Below, piece by piece: positions 13,242-22,929 of a DNA stretch of 37,279 nucleotides (the first letter of the stretch is position 1; every line of letters starts with the position of its first letter). Under the pieces are notes generated by a model. That model had not been told where the DNA came from, ran no database searches, and saw only the letters and a program-made list of their open reading frames with translations. This DNA is from Kofleriaceae bacterium (lineage in GTDB: Bacteria; Myxococcota_A; Polyangia; Haliangiales; Haliangiaceae), in contig JBKJLC010000010.1 of NCBI GenBank assembly GCA_046597055.1, forward strand, positions 1-37,279, given 5' to 3'. Both the position numbers and the translations under genes were made by a program.

Positions 13242-13561
13242 ATGACCTCGGTGCGGATCTGCCAGGTCACGACCCAGCTCGGGCGCCGCCTCGGGCTGCG
13301 GCCGACGTCCTGCGCGACGTGTTCTACGCCGGCCTGCTGCGCCACATCGGCTGCACGGCGTGGGCCCACGAGACCGCCGCGCGCGTGGGCGGCGACGATC
13401 ACGACGTGCTGCGCACGTTCGAGGCGGTCGACCTGGGCCGGCGGGCCGTGGTCGCGGGCGGCGCGCTGCAGCTGGCCCGGACCCAGCCGGTTGGCCGGCG
13501 GGTCCGCGCGATCGCCGGCGCGATCGCCGCGTCGACATGTGTCCGTTTTTTCGACGTATGA
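13242..13561 (+). pseudogene. Fragment of HD-domain phosphohydrolase (HD/LuxR-type regulator N-terminal region), frameshifted and truncated
   Basis: One frame reads TSVRICQVTTQLGRRLGL; after a shift near 13299 another reads DVLRDVFYAGLLRHIGCTAWAHETAARVGGDD. This resembles the 'VYYAALLRHLGCTAYAHE' signature. It ends abruptly where more AT-rich sequence starts (about 13540). Confidence 0.7.
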
Positions 13562-13742
13562 TGACGAACTTTAGGAATGGTCGACGATGCCACGCCACCC
13601 CATGGTGGCCTCGTAGCGCCGACCCGCTTCGCCGCGCGCAGCGGGGCGGTCCCGGCCTGCGTTCGTTGCGCTTCTCCGGGCCGACGCGGGCGGTTCGGCG
13701 GCCCAAGTCGTCGGTCGATCGCGAGCAACGCCCCTCTAACCA

Positions 13743-14342
13743 ATGAGCATCATGCAATACACGGCCACCTCGGTCTCGTTCGCAACTCTCGCCCTTGTCG
13801 GGGCGTGTACCTCGACGACCTCCCGTGGGGCGGTCGATCCTTCCGCCACCGCCGAGGCCCCAGCGCGGGAGGCCATCACGCAGAAGCAGGTCGCGGGAGC
13901 CCAGCGTGCGTGGTGCGACGCCTTGGTCGGCATCAGCAAGCTCGGCGCAAGCGGTGGCGATGCCAAGGGCATGGCGATCGACGTGCTGTCGAGCGCCTAC
14001 GGCTACGACGACGGGGCCGTCCTGTTCAAGCCCACGCTCACGCACGGGGCGCAGACGTTCCGCATGGACAAGCAGGGCGCGCTTGCCTACTTCGTCGGGG
14101 ACGATCCTACCTATCCGGACGATCACGGGTTCGCGCTCAAGGGCTGGGTGAGTTGCATGCCCGAGATTCGCGACTGGGTCACCGATGGCGACATCGCATT
14201 TGCCATGGGCAACGTGCACCTCGTCGATGCCAAGGGCACCGCGGTCACCGTCGACAAGACGTTCGGCTACAAGCGCGACCCGGCCGGCAACCTCAAGATC
14301 GTGCTGCACCACTCGTCGTTGCCCTACGCGCCGGCCGAATAG
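13743..14342 (+). CDS. COG4337-family (iota-class-like, NTF2/SnoaL fold) carbonic anhydrase, predicted lipoprotein
   Basis: ITxxxVxxAQxAWCDALV, YGYDDGAVLFKPT, FRxxxxGALAYFVG, DxGFALKGW, AMGN, VDKTFGY and C-terminal LHHSSLPY. Lipobox-like LALVGAC. Confidence 0.82.
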   Translation: MSIMQYTATSVSFATLALVGACTSTTSRGAVDPSATAEAPAREAITQKQVAGAQRAWCDALVGISKLGASGGDAKGMAIDVLSSAYGYDDGAVLFKPTLTHGAQTFRMDKQGALAYFVGDDPTYPDDHGFALKGWVSCMPEIRDWVTDGDIAFAMGNVHLVDAKGTAVTVDKTFGYKRDPAGNLKIVLHHSSLPYAPAE

Positions 14343-14452
14343 CCAAGCGCGCATCGCGGGCGCCGCGGGATCGCGGCGCATCCCGCGACAGTCTTTCACC
14401 GCTGTCAGGCGCCGCCTCCGATCGAGCGTGCGAACGAGACTTACTCATCAGC

Positions 14453-14940
14453 TTCGATCCGCGGCGCGCGTTCGTTGCCCTCGGGGTCGCGGCGCGCTTG
14501 ATCCGCTCCGACCGACGCTCCCGACGGCGCTGTACGCGTCCGTGACCATCCGCCTGCGCCTGGCGATCGGGCTCGAGGTGGCGTCGAGCTGGCATCGCGG
14601 GAGCTCGGCACGCTGTGGATGCCAATGCTCGCGGTCGTCGGGCTGGGCACCGTGCTGACGCTGATCGCGTCTGGGCACTCCGCGGGCTGGTGCGACTTCC
14701 CCGCGCGGACTCCGCAGCGGCGGCCGCACACGACCGGTCCGTCAGCGTCGGGACGTTCGCGGTTGCGAGCGCGGTGTTGGTCGGTCGTGACGTGGCCGTC
14801 GAGCCGTTCCTTCCGCTGCTGCTGGTCCTGCTGGAGATCCCGGCGATCGTCGTGGCCACCGTGATCGCTCGGGGGCACCTTTCCAGCGGCGCCACGCCTG
14901 GCGTTCAACCCGTTGCCTGTTTTCGCAGGGTCGCGCTGGC
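14453..14940 (+). pseudogene. sbtA: Sodium-dependent bicarbonate transporter (SbtA family), at least 3 frameshifts and 3' truncation
   Basis: Stitching frames gives FDPRRAFVALGVAARLIRSD / TLPTALYASVTIRLRLAIGLE / GGVELASRELGTLWMPMLAVVGLGTVLTLIA / LRGLVRLPRADSAAAAAHDRSVSVGTFAVASAVL...EPFLPLLLVLLEIPAIVVATVIAR. This matches the SbtA N-terminal half (LLxIGLKGGxEL, AAHYGSVSxxTF, EIPAI). Right boundary is approximate. Confidence 0.8.
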
Positions 14941-15117
14941 GGACAGGGAGCCGACGGCGAGCGCCACGGCCATCGGGATGGCGAGCCTCGTGCATGCTCG
15001 CCGGGTGAGGTCCCCAGGCCCAGGGGCCTCGTTACGACTCGATGAACATCCCCCACCCGGTGGAGAGCCCGTGGTTGGCGCCGCTACGTTCCGTGCGAGG
15101 ATGCAAGTGGAGTCATC

Positions 15118-16677
15118 ATGGGGATCTCGGAACGTCGCCTGGTACGCTGGCAGTTGGCCATCCTTGTCACGGTAGGCGCGGTGGTCGCGATCGCGGGTTT
15201 TGTCGCCTACAACCTCGTCGGCGAGATCCACGCGGTCAGCCAGACGGTCACCAAGGACGCCGCCGAGGATCTGCTCGACGCCGACGCGTTCGGAGTCGCC
15301 TCGTTCTCACGTTCAGCCAGTGCCCGCGGCTACCTCCTCACCGGCGACGAGTCCTTCCTGGAGGAGCGGACCGCGGCGCGCGCAGAGATGGGACGCAGAC
15401 TCGACCGCTTGCGAGCGCGGGAACAACGGGGCGACACCGCGGCGATGCTGGATGCGATCGCCGAGCTGACCAGCCGACTCGATCACGCTTCGGACCGCGC
15501 CCTGGCGGCGCGACCGAACGCACCCGACGAGGCCCGCGCGCTCTGGGAGCGCGAGGCTCGGCCGATCCAGGATCAGGTCGGCTCGCTGACCCGTCAACTC
15601 ATCGCCTCCGGGCGCGCCCACTTCTTCGCCGAACGAGATCGCGCCACGGCGGCGGGCGAGCGGTCGACCTCCCTGCTCGCGGTCCTGCTGGTGGCAGCGG
15701 GTCTCGCCATCGGGGTGCTGCTCTACGCCTTCGCGCGACTGACGCGGGCGCTGCTCGCGAGGCAGCGAGCAGAACAGGAGCAGACGACCTTCCGGCTGCT
15801 CGACCAGGTACCCGTCGGCGTGTTCGTGGTGTCACCCGATGGCAAGCCGTACTACGCCAATCAGTACGCTCAGCGGATCCTTGGGCAGGGAATCGACCCG
15901 GGTCTCAAGCTGAAGGACCTCTCCGTCGCGTATCATGCCTACCAGGCGGGCACCGACCAGCCGTATCCGATGGAACGCACCCCGCTCGCGCGTGCGCTCG
16001 CTGGGGAGAGCACGGAGGTGACCGACCTCGAGATCCGCCGCGGGGACGACGTCATCCCGCTGCACGTCATTGGCGCACCCGTGTTCGATGCACGAGGTGA
16101 ACTGGAATACGCGGTCGCTGGATTTCAGGACGTGCGCGAGCTGCAGCGGGTGGCGACGCGAGACGCGCTCACCGGGCTCGCGAATCGCGCGGCGGTCAGC
16201 CAGACGTACGGCCGCGAGCGCGCGTCGTCCGTGCGGTTCAATCGCTCGCTTGCCGTCGCCTTGATCGACCTCGATCGGTTCAAGGCGGTGAACGACACAC
16301 ATGGACACTCCGCCGGCGACGACGTGCTACGGCGAACGGCGTCGACCATCGTCGAGCAGCTTCGTCGTTCCGACAGCGTCGGCCGATGGGGCGGCGAGGA
16401 GATCGTCGTGCTAATGCCCGACACCGACGCGCAAGGGGCGCGTCGGGCGCTCGACAAGGCGGCGGCGGCGGTCCGCGGACTCGCGTTCGGCGGCAAGGAC
16501 GGCAGGCCGTTCACGGTGACGTTCTCGGCAGGTGTCGTGGTCGCGTCACCGACGGAGTCGCTCGACGAGGTCATCGCGCGCGCCGATGCGTTGCTCTACG
16601 CTGCGAAGGACGCGGGGCGTGACCGCGTGGTTGTCGACCCGCCGCCGGTCACGAGCGGTACCTCCCCGCCGTCTTGA
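15118..16677 (+). CDS. Membrane-bound diguanylate cyclase (CHASE3-like sensor, PAS, GGDEF)
   Basis: Two TM segments flank a helical periplasmic region; PAS-like LLDQVPVGVFVV...YAN; DALTGLANR, IDLDRFKAVNDTHGHSAGD; RxxD I-site (RRSD) before GRWGGEEI. Confidence 0.92.
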   Translation: MGISERRLVRWQLAILVTVGAVVAIAGFVAYNLVGEIHAVSQTVTKDAAEDLLDADAFGVASFSRSASARGYLLTGDESFLEERTAARAEMGRRLDRLRAREQRGDTAAMLDAIAELTSRLDHASDRALAARPNAPDEARALWEREARPIQDQVGSLTRQLIASGRAHFFAERDRATAAGERSTSLLAVLLVAAGLAIGVLLYAFARLTRALLARQRAEQEQTTFRLLDQVPVGVFVVSPDGKPYYANQYAQRILGQGIDPGLKLKDLSVAYHAYQAGTDQPYPMERTPLARALAGESTEVTDLEIRRGDDVIPLHVIGAPVFDARGELEYAVAGFQDVRELQRVATRDALTGLANRAAVSQTYGRERASSVRFNRSLAVALIDLDRFKAVNDTHGHSAGDDVLRRTASTIVEQLRRSDSVGRWGGEEIVVLMPDTDAQGARRALDKAAAAVRGLAFGGKDGRPFTVTFSAGVVVASPTESLDEVIARADALLYAAKDAGRDRVVVDPPPVTSGTSPPS

Positions 16678-16997
16678 TCCGCTCGGATTACGCGGACGCC
16701 GAGTGCCTCTTCGACTGCCGAGTACCTCGGCTCCCGCGTCGAGGTCGCGGACGTTGGCCACCAGTCGCGGGCGAGGGCGTGCGGAAGCCGTCGCGCGTGG
16801 CGGTGCCGACTGCTCCGGCGCGACCCGACAACGTCCCCGTCTTGCGCGTGCCCCGGCTGGCTGCCGAGGGGGCTTCCGCGTTAACCTGACGCATTCATTC
16901 TTCGCGCCCAGCCGGTGTCTGCGCAAGGCTCGTCGGTCTCGGGCTGCTCGCCCTCGTCGTCGGGTGCGCCTCGGCTGACGGTCAGTCGATCCACGAC

Positions 16998-19310
16998 GTG
17001 GTCATCGTGGGACCCGAGGGCGTGACCACGCCGGTGCGGCTGCCGGCCCGGCTCGATCGGCTCGGGGTCGTGCCGGCCCGGACCAGCCGCTACCAGGTAC
17101 GCGCCCACGTGGCGCTCGCGCCCAACCTGGTCGGGCACGAGCTGCTGCTGGTCTTGCCGAGCCTCTCGGCGCGCGCCAGCGCCACCATCGACGGCGAGCC
17201 CGTGGGCTCGGTCCGGGGCGGGGCGATCCGTGGGTACCGGCAGCGGGCACCGCTCGCGTGGTCGGTGCCGGCCCGCCTCACCCGCGACGGCGCGCTCGAG
17301 GTGACCGTCCTCGTCGAGCACACGTGGACGCAGAGCGCGTGGCTGACCGTGGCCCCCGAGCTGGTCGTGGCTGGCCACGGCCTCGGGCGCGGCACCTGGG
17401 TCGAGCGGGTCAACCTGTCGCTCGCCGCCGCGGGGCTGGCGGTGGCGATGTCGGTCGGCCTGGTCATGGGGTGGGTCTACCTCATCGATCGCTCGCGGCG
17501 GGCGAGCGGCTACTTCGCCATCGAGGCGCTCGCCGCCGCGGTGTACCCCGCGCACGTGAGCGGCCTGCTCATTCCACTCGGGCGCTTCGAGGTGGCGGTC
17601 ATGGGCACCGGCCTCGTGATCGGCATCACCGCCGGGGTCTACTACACCCACGCGTTCTTCGACTCCCCCGCGCCGTCGCGCTGGTGGGTCCGCACCGCGG
17701 CGGCAACGATCGCGGTGTGCTGGTTGGTCACGGATCCGTTCTGGTCAACCGATGTCGCCGGGCGCGTCATCGTCGTCTACCTGGCCGTGACGCTGGTCAG
17801 CATGCTGGTGACCATCATCCGGACCATCCGGTCACGGGGGGGGCGTGAGGCCTGGCAGTATCTGCTGCCGTGGCTGAGCCTGGCGCTGGCCTCGCCGGCT
17901 GATCTGCTGGCGTGGGCCGGCATCGCCGACCCGCTCGCCGGCGCGCGCTGCGCCGTGATCGCGTTCGTGCTCTTCCCGCTCCTGCTCGAGCTGCTGCTCA
18001 ACCAGCAGCACGTGGGCTCGCTGAACGGGGCCAACCTCCGGCTCGCCGGCCAGGTGCGCGACCTCGAGGCGCGGCGCACCGAGATCGAGCAGCTGAACGA
18101 CGAGCTGCGCCACCAGATCTCGGATCGGGCCGGACAGATCCAGGCGGCGCTGCTGCTGGCCCGTGGCCGCGCCGGAACCGCGCCGGTGCTGGTCCCCGGC
18201 GAGGTCGTACAGGGCCGCTACCGGGTCGAGCGGCCCATCGGTGCGGGCGGGATGGGCCTGGTCTACGAGGTGACCCGCCTGGTGGACGGTCGGCGCCTCG
18301 CGCTCAAGCTTGCGCGCGAGGTCAACGGCCTGGCCCTGGCCCGCATGGCGCGCGAGGCGCAGACCGCCGCGACGGTCACCAACCCGCACGTCGTCGCGAT
18401 GCTGGACGTCGACGTGGCCTCGGCCGGCTTCCTGTTCCTGGTCATGGAGCTGGTCGACGGGGAGCCGCTGTCCAGCCAGCGCGGCCGGTTCGGCGATCGC
18501 CCGTGGGCGCTGGAGGTGCTGGCCCAGCTCGCCGATGGCCTGGCGGCGCTGCACCAGGGCGGCGTGATCCACCGCGACCTCAAGCCCAGCAACGTGCTCC
18601 TCGCGCGCGCGGTCGACGGGGCGCTGCAGGTGAAGATCACCGATTTCGGCATCTCGGTGTCCGAGAAGAACGGCGACAGCGAGGCTCACGCCGAGGACGG
18701 TCCGGGACCGTTCCCAGGCGGGCTGATCGTCGCGCTGGACGGCGAGCGCACCGCGGCCGACCCGCCGGCCCCAGCGCTGATCGAGGCGACGCGCGAGCTG
18801 GCCTCGGTCAGTCCGGAGATCGCCCCGCGCAACAACACGACCGAGACCAGGGCGTCGCCGATGGAGTCCGCGTTGTCGCCACGGGAGCCAGTCCTGCGCG
18901 GGCCTGCCGGCCCCAGGGGCAAGGACTGGGCGGGCGGGAGCCAGGACAGCGGGTCTGGCGCGCTCACGCGGACCGGCTTCCTGTCGGGAACGCCCTCGTA
19001 CATGGCGCCGGAGCTCGCGGAGGGTCGGCACCGGCTCGTCCTCGCCGCTGACCTGTTCGCGTTCGGCGTGATCGCGCGCGAGCTCATCACCGGGCGCCGC
19101 CCCTTCGCGCAGCCGGTGGTGCTCGCGCTCATCGAGGGCAAGCCGACGCCAGCGATGACCTCGCTCGCCGAGTCCTGGCCCGAAGCGCCGGCGCAGCTGG
19201 TGGGCCTCCTCGACGCCTGCCTGGACTTCGCACCCTCGGCGCGGCCGACCGCCGCCGCGCTCGCCGCGGCCCTGGCCGCCGCGCTCGCCGGTCCCGGCGC
19301 CGCCAGCTGA
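16998..19310 (+). CDS. Seven-transmembrane (7TMR-DISM-like) receptor Ser/Thr kinase; start uncertain
   Basis: Extracellular beta-rich region, about 7 hydrophobic segments, coiled coil, then IGAGGMGLVY, LALK, HRDLKPSN, DFG, GTPSYMAPE. The open frame extends upstream to 16890 with a signal-like LVGLGLLALVVGC but no ATG/GTG/TTG. Confidence 0.87.
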   Translation: MVIVGPEGVTTPVRLPARLDRLGVVPARTSRYQVRAHVALAPNLVGHELLLVLPSLSARASATIDGEPVGSVRGGAIRGYRQRAPLAWSVPARLTRDGALEVTVLVEHTWTQSAWLTVAPELVVAGHGLGRGTWVERVNLSLAAAGLAVAMSVGLVMGWVYLIDRSRRASGYFAIEALAAAVYPAHVSGLLIPLGRFEVAVMGTGLVIGITAGVYYTHAFFDSPAPSRWWVRTAAATIAVCWLVTDPFWSTDVAGRVIVVYLAVTLVSMLVTIIRTIRSRGGREAWQYLLPWLSLALASPADLLAWAGIADPLAGARCAVIAFVLFPLLLELLLNQQHVGSLNGANLRLAGQVRDLEARRTEIEQLNDELRHQISDRAGQIQAALLLARGRAGTAPVLVPGEVVQGRYRVERPIGAGGMGLVYEVTRLVDGRRLALKLAREVNGLALARMAREAQTAATVTNPHVVAMLDVDVASAGFLFLVMELVDGEPLSSQRGRFGDRPWALEVLAQLADGLAALHQGGVIHRDLKPSNVLLARAVDGALQVKITDFGISVSEKNGDSEAHAEDGPGPFPGGLIVALDGERTAADPPAPALIEATRELASVSPEIAPRNNTTETRASPMESALSPREPVLRGPAGPRGKDWAGGSQDSGSGALTRTGFLSGTPSYMAPELAEGRHRLVLAADLFAFGVIARELITGRRPFAQPVVLALIEGKPTPAMTSLAESWPEAPAQLVGLLDACLDFAPSARPTAAALAAALAAALAGPGAAS

Positions 19311-20585
19311 CATCGCGCGCAACTGCCCGATGAGGTAGCCCTCGAGCTGCCGCGACCCGTAGCCGCGCACCACGGCGTCGGTGGTGGTCAGGTCCTCGCC
19401 GGTGATGACGTGGCGGAACGAGTAGAGCGGGAGGGTCGCGGCCGGCAGCGCGGCCGGGGCGATGTCCTTGTTGTAGATGGCGCCCATCCACCGCGGCTTG
19501 TTCGAGATGGGCCGCAGCACGAAGCCGCCGCTGGTGCATGCGCTCGGGCCGGTCGTCGTACACGACGACGTCGTCCGGTAGCCGCTACCCAGGGTCTTCT
19601 GCCACCGCCACAGGCCGGCGTCGTTGAACGCCGACTCGGTCATGATCAGGTAGTCGGGGTCGAGGGCGGCCCAGCCCTCGGCGCTGCGCTCGTCGCAGTA
19701 CGTCCCCGGCATCACGCCCCACGACGCGCGCGGGTCGACGATGTTCGTGCACGACCCGCCGGTGCGGTAGGGCAGGGTGTCCCAGCGCTTCTTGCTCAGG
19801 CAGATGGGACCCTTGTGGGTCACGAGCTCGCCGTCAGGGGCGTCGTCGCGCGACCAGACCGCCTCGAACGCGAAGCCATCGGTGTCGTTCGGGGCGAGCG
19901 CGTCGGCCGGGACCGGCGCGATCAACGAGCGACGGTCGTACAGATCGATGATCGTCCCGTTGACCGTGTACGAGCCGCCGTCGCCACAGAAGTCGGCCCG
20001 GGCCGCGCGCGTGCACGTCTGGTGGTAGTCGCGCAGCGAGCCGCCGGCGAGGTCGACGTCCCAGGGCCGGTAGCCAGCCAGGTAGCACTTGGCGATGACG
20101 CCGGCGGTGCAGCCGAACGTGAACGTCCCCGCTGCGGTCCAGTAGGAGCTCTCGTCGGTCCACTTGCCGGCCAGCGGGACCGCGCGGTTGTCGACCCCAT
20201 GACACCGCGGGATACCGGCGTCGGGCTCGATGACCGTGTAGAAGTCCGAGCGCCCGGTCGGGTCTTCGTCCATCCGGGTGACGTGCTCGATGCGGTAGCG
20301 GACCGCGGTGTTGGTGGCGCGGACGCCGTCGAGCGTGGTGCCGCCGAACTCGGACCGACCCAGCCACCGGCTCACCGGGCCGCTGGTGGTGGTCACCGCG
20401 TAGCGGAAGCTGACGAGGCCGGTCGCCTGCGGCGCGACCATGACGAAGTACCGTCCCAGCGTGTCCGTCGGAGCACACGACGTGCCGGGGCGACCGGACC
20501 TGGGCCAGCGCGGCCTCGTCGGTGGCGACCGCAGCGGCTGCACGCGTGCGCTGCGCAGGCGCTGCACACCGTGCGAGCCCTGCAT
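19311..20585 (-). pseudogene. ADYC-domain protein, probably truncated (no nearby stop; N-terminus appears disrupted)
   Basis: FTFGCTAGVIAKCYLAGYRPW...HQTCTRAARADFCGDG.SYTVNGTIIDLYD...FEAVW...ICL is the ADYC signature. The frame stays open antisense through the kinase gene to 17832. Confidence 0.7.
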
Positions 20586-20640
20586 GGTGTCGCACCCGGC
20601 TGCCGGCTGAACCTTGCGGGTTCGATCGCGACCGAACGTG

Positions 20641-20656
20641 TGGCACCGCGGGTGCA
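20641..20656 (+). promoter_or_regulatory. Putative sigma54 (-24/-12) promoter
   Basis: TGGCACCGCGGGTGCA has GG-N10-GC spacing and ends 15 nt before the ATG at 20672. Confidence 0.55.
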
Positions 20657-20671
20657 CAGGACGCGCTCGCC

Positions 20672-21068
20672 ATGCCACGTCACTCTCTCGTCGTGCTCAT
20701 CAGCGCGGTCGTCCTGATCGCATGCGGTCAGCGATCAGCGCCCGAGCAAACCCAGCTCGCCGCACGCGTGCCGCGCGCCTGTGAAAAGCGCGTCGAAGCG
20801 CTCGAGGCGTATCTGGGCGGCGGCCCGACCCGGTGCGAGACCGACCTGCTCGGCCTGCCGGCGCGGATCGACGTGATCGCGCCGTCGGGCGCGACCCTCT
20901 ACGGCGTCACCATCGGCCGCAACCCCTGGGGCGGCATCACCGCGCTCGAGGACGATGATGAGCGCGGCCTCGACCACAGCGCGAGCTTTGGCTACGACGA
21001 CCGCGCGCGGCTCACCAGCGCGACCCTGGGCGCGGCGACGCCGTACGTGCTCGGCTTCGCCTACGGCG
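20672..21068 (+). pseudogene. Lipoprotein fragment with RHS/YD-repeat-like segment, truncated
   Basis: Signal/lipobox MPRHSLVVLISAVVLIAC, then GITALEDDDERGLDHSASFGYDDRARLTSATLG..YVLGFAY (YD-like). Beyond about 21068 the frame is antisense to the sigma54 activator remnant. Confidence 0.55.
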
Positions 21069-22691
21069 GCGCTCGAGGTCGCGGAGCTCGTCGGCCAGCG
21101 CGGCGAACGCGAACTCGCCGTCGGTGGCCGCCGCCGGTGCCGGCGCCGGGGCGGTGGCCGCGATGCGCTCGCCGGTGATCCGCTCGGGCAGGTGCCACGG
21201 ATCGAGGGCGTCCTCGATGACGGTCGCCGCTGCCACCTCCATGACGTTCTTGAGCTCGCGCACGTTGCCCGGCCAGGGCTAGCGGGCCAGCTTGTGCAGC
21301 GCCGACGTCGACAGGTGCAGCGGCGGCCGGTTGGCGCCCCGGCACGCCTGCTCGAGGAACGTGCGGGCCAGGAGCGCGAGCTCGCGCGGGCGGTCGCGCA
21401 GCGGCGGCAGCACCACCGTGGCCTGGCCGATCCGGAACAGCAGGTCGTGGCGGAACCGGCCGGCCGCGACCTCGGCGTCGAGATCGCGGTGGGTCGCCGC
21501 GACCAGGCGGATGTCGATGTCGTGCTCGATCAGGCCGCCGACCCGGGTCACCCGCCGGGTCTCGACCGCGCGCAGGAGCTGGGCCTGGGCCGCCAGCGGC
21601 AGCTCGCCGATCTCGTCGAGGAACACGGTGCCGCCGCGCGCGCTCTCGAACCGGCCGGGCTTGGCGGCGACCGCGCCGGTGAACGCGCCGCGCTCGTGGC
21701 CGAACAGCTCGCGCTCGATCAGCGCCTCGGGCAGGGCCGCGCAGTTGACGGTGACGAAGGGCCCGTCCTTGCGCGGCGAGTAGTGATGCACCGCGAACGC
21801 GGCGTGCGCCTTGCCAGCGCCGGTCTCGCCGGTGATGACCACCGACAGGTTCGAGGCCGCCAGTCGGCGGATCAACTCGTACAGCCGCACCAGCGCGGGA
21901 TCGGCGACCACCACCGCGCGGTCGCCGAGCACCAGGCTGTGGGCCGCGCCGGTCGCGCGTTCGCAGGCGCCGATCTGCGCGCTGCCGGCGGTGGTGCGCG
22001 CGGCCTTGAGCAGCGCGTCGGCGTCGCAGCCGTCGGTGGGGCAGTCGGCGATCCCGACCCGGACCGCGGGCGCGATGACCGCAAGCGCCTCGACCAGGCG
22101 CAGCGCCGCGCTCTCGGCGACCTCACCGTCGAGCTCGGGGGCCACCACCACCAGGTGGCGATCATCGAGCCAGCCGGCGACGTCGAACGGCCGCATCAGC
22201 GGCTCGATCGCGGCGGCCGCGGTCCGGCGATCGCTGGTGGCGTCGCCGAGACACAGCACGATGACCGCCAGCGGCCGCTCGAAGCCGAGCGCGCGCTCGA
22301 CCTCACCGGCCAGGCGACTGCGGATCGCGGCGGCGCCGGCCAGCGCGCGCGGGCCGGCCGCCAGCTCGGTGTGCAGCACCATGGTGATGTCGCCGATCGC
22401 CAGGATGTCGCCCGAGCCCAGCGGGCGGGCGCCGACGATGGTCTCGCCGTTCACGCGGGTGCCGTTGTGGCTGTCGAGGTCGGTGACCTCGATCTCGCCC
22501 TCGACCACCGAGACCCGGGCGTGCCTGCGCGAGGCTGACTCGCTGGCGATGCGCAGATCGGCCTCGGCGCCGCGACCGATGAGGATCGCGCCGTTGCGGG
22601 GCAGGGTCACGATCAACGAGGTGCTTCCCGCCACGACCAGGAAGTACGAGCGAAACGCGCCGCGCGGCGCTGGGGCGGAGCGCCGGTGCAC
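21063..22691 (-). pseudogene. Sigma54-dependent enhancer-binding protein (FHA + degenerate GGDEF-like + AAA+), in-frame amber stop and missing HTH
   Basis: FHA motifs IGRG, SRRHA, DLDSHNGT; AAA+ GETGAGK, ELFGHERGAFTGA, FLDEIGELP, LPPLRDR. TAG at 21279-21281 sits in LAR*PWPGNVRELKN (normally Tyr/His). The downstream frame degenerates after ELRDLERR, before any Fis-type HTH. Confidence 0.85.
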
Positions 22692-22782
22692 GTCGCCGTG
22701 AGTCGCACGACTTCATCCATCGACGCACACATGTCGCACGGGGGCCGGGGCCTGTCGAGACCGCGCTGGGTGGACCCGCCGG

Positions 22783-22839
22783 TCAGACGGCGCCGTCGAT
22801 CACCAGGGTCGCGCCGTTCACGTAGCGCGCCCGGTCCGA
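22783..22839 (-). pseudogene. Isolated C-terminal remnant of a short-chain dehydrogenase
   Basis: SDRARYVNGATLVIDGAV* resembles the SDR C-terminal consensus (ASxxAxYVxGxxLxVDGG); no upstream SDR body in this frame. Confidence 0.55.
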
Positions 22840-22929
22840 GCGGGCACCATGCATCACCCGCGCGCCGCGCGGCTGGATCGTTCGCGGTGCTCTGCTACTG
22901 TCGCGCCGCCGGCCCGGGGGGTCGGTCGC

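Noticed and set aside
7870..13242. 1790-aa plus-strand ORF, and similar giant ORFs (4483..7656 +, 8441..12604 -, 29512..33381 -, 1420..3756 +)
   Set aside because: Antisense or off-frame shadows of motif-bearing genes; Arg/Ala/Gly-rich with no domains, as expected at this GC content.
16700..16800. Minus-strand LARDW..NVRDLDA, resembling a sigma54-activator WPGNVREL remnant
   Set aside because: Needs a frameshift and several mismatches over about 15 codons; too weak to call.
21279..21281. In-frame TAG as possible pyrrolysine or stop-codon recoding
   Set aside because: A single TAC-to-TAG change explains it. The gene is also truncated and degenerate, TAG terminates normal genes here (guaB, ATP-grasp), and no pyl genes are visible.
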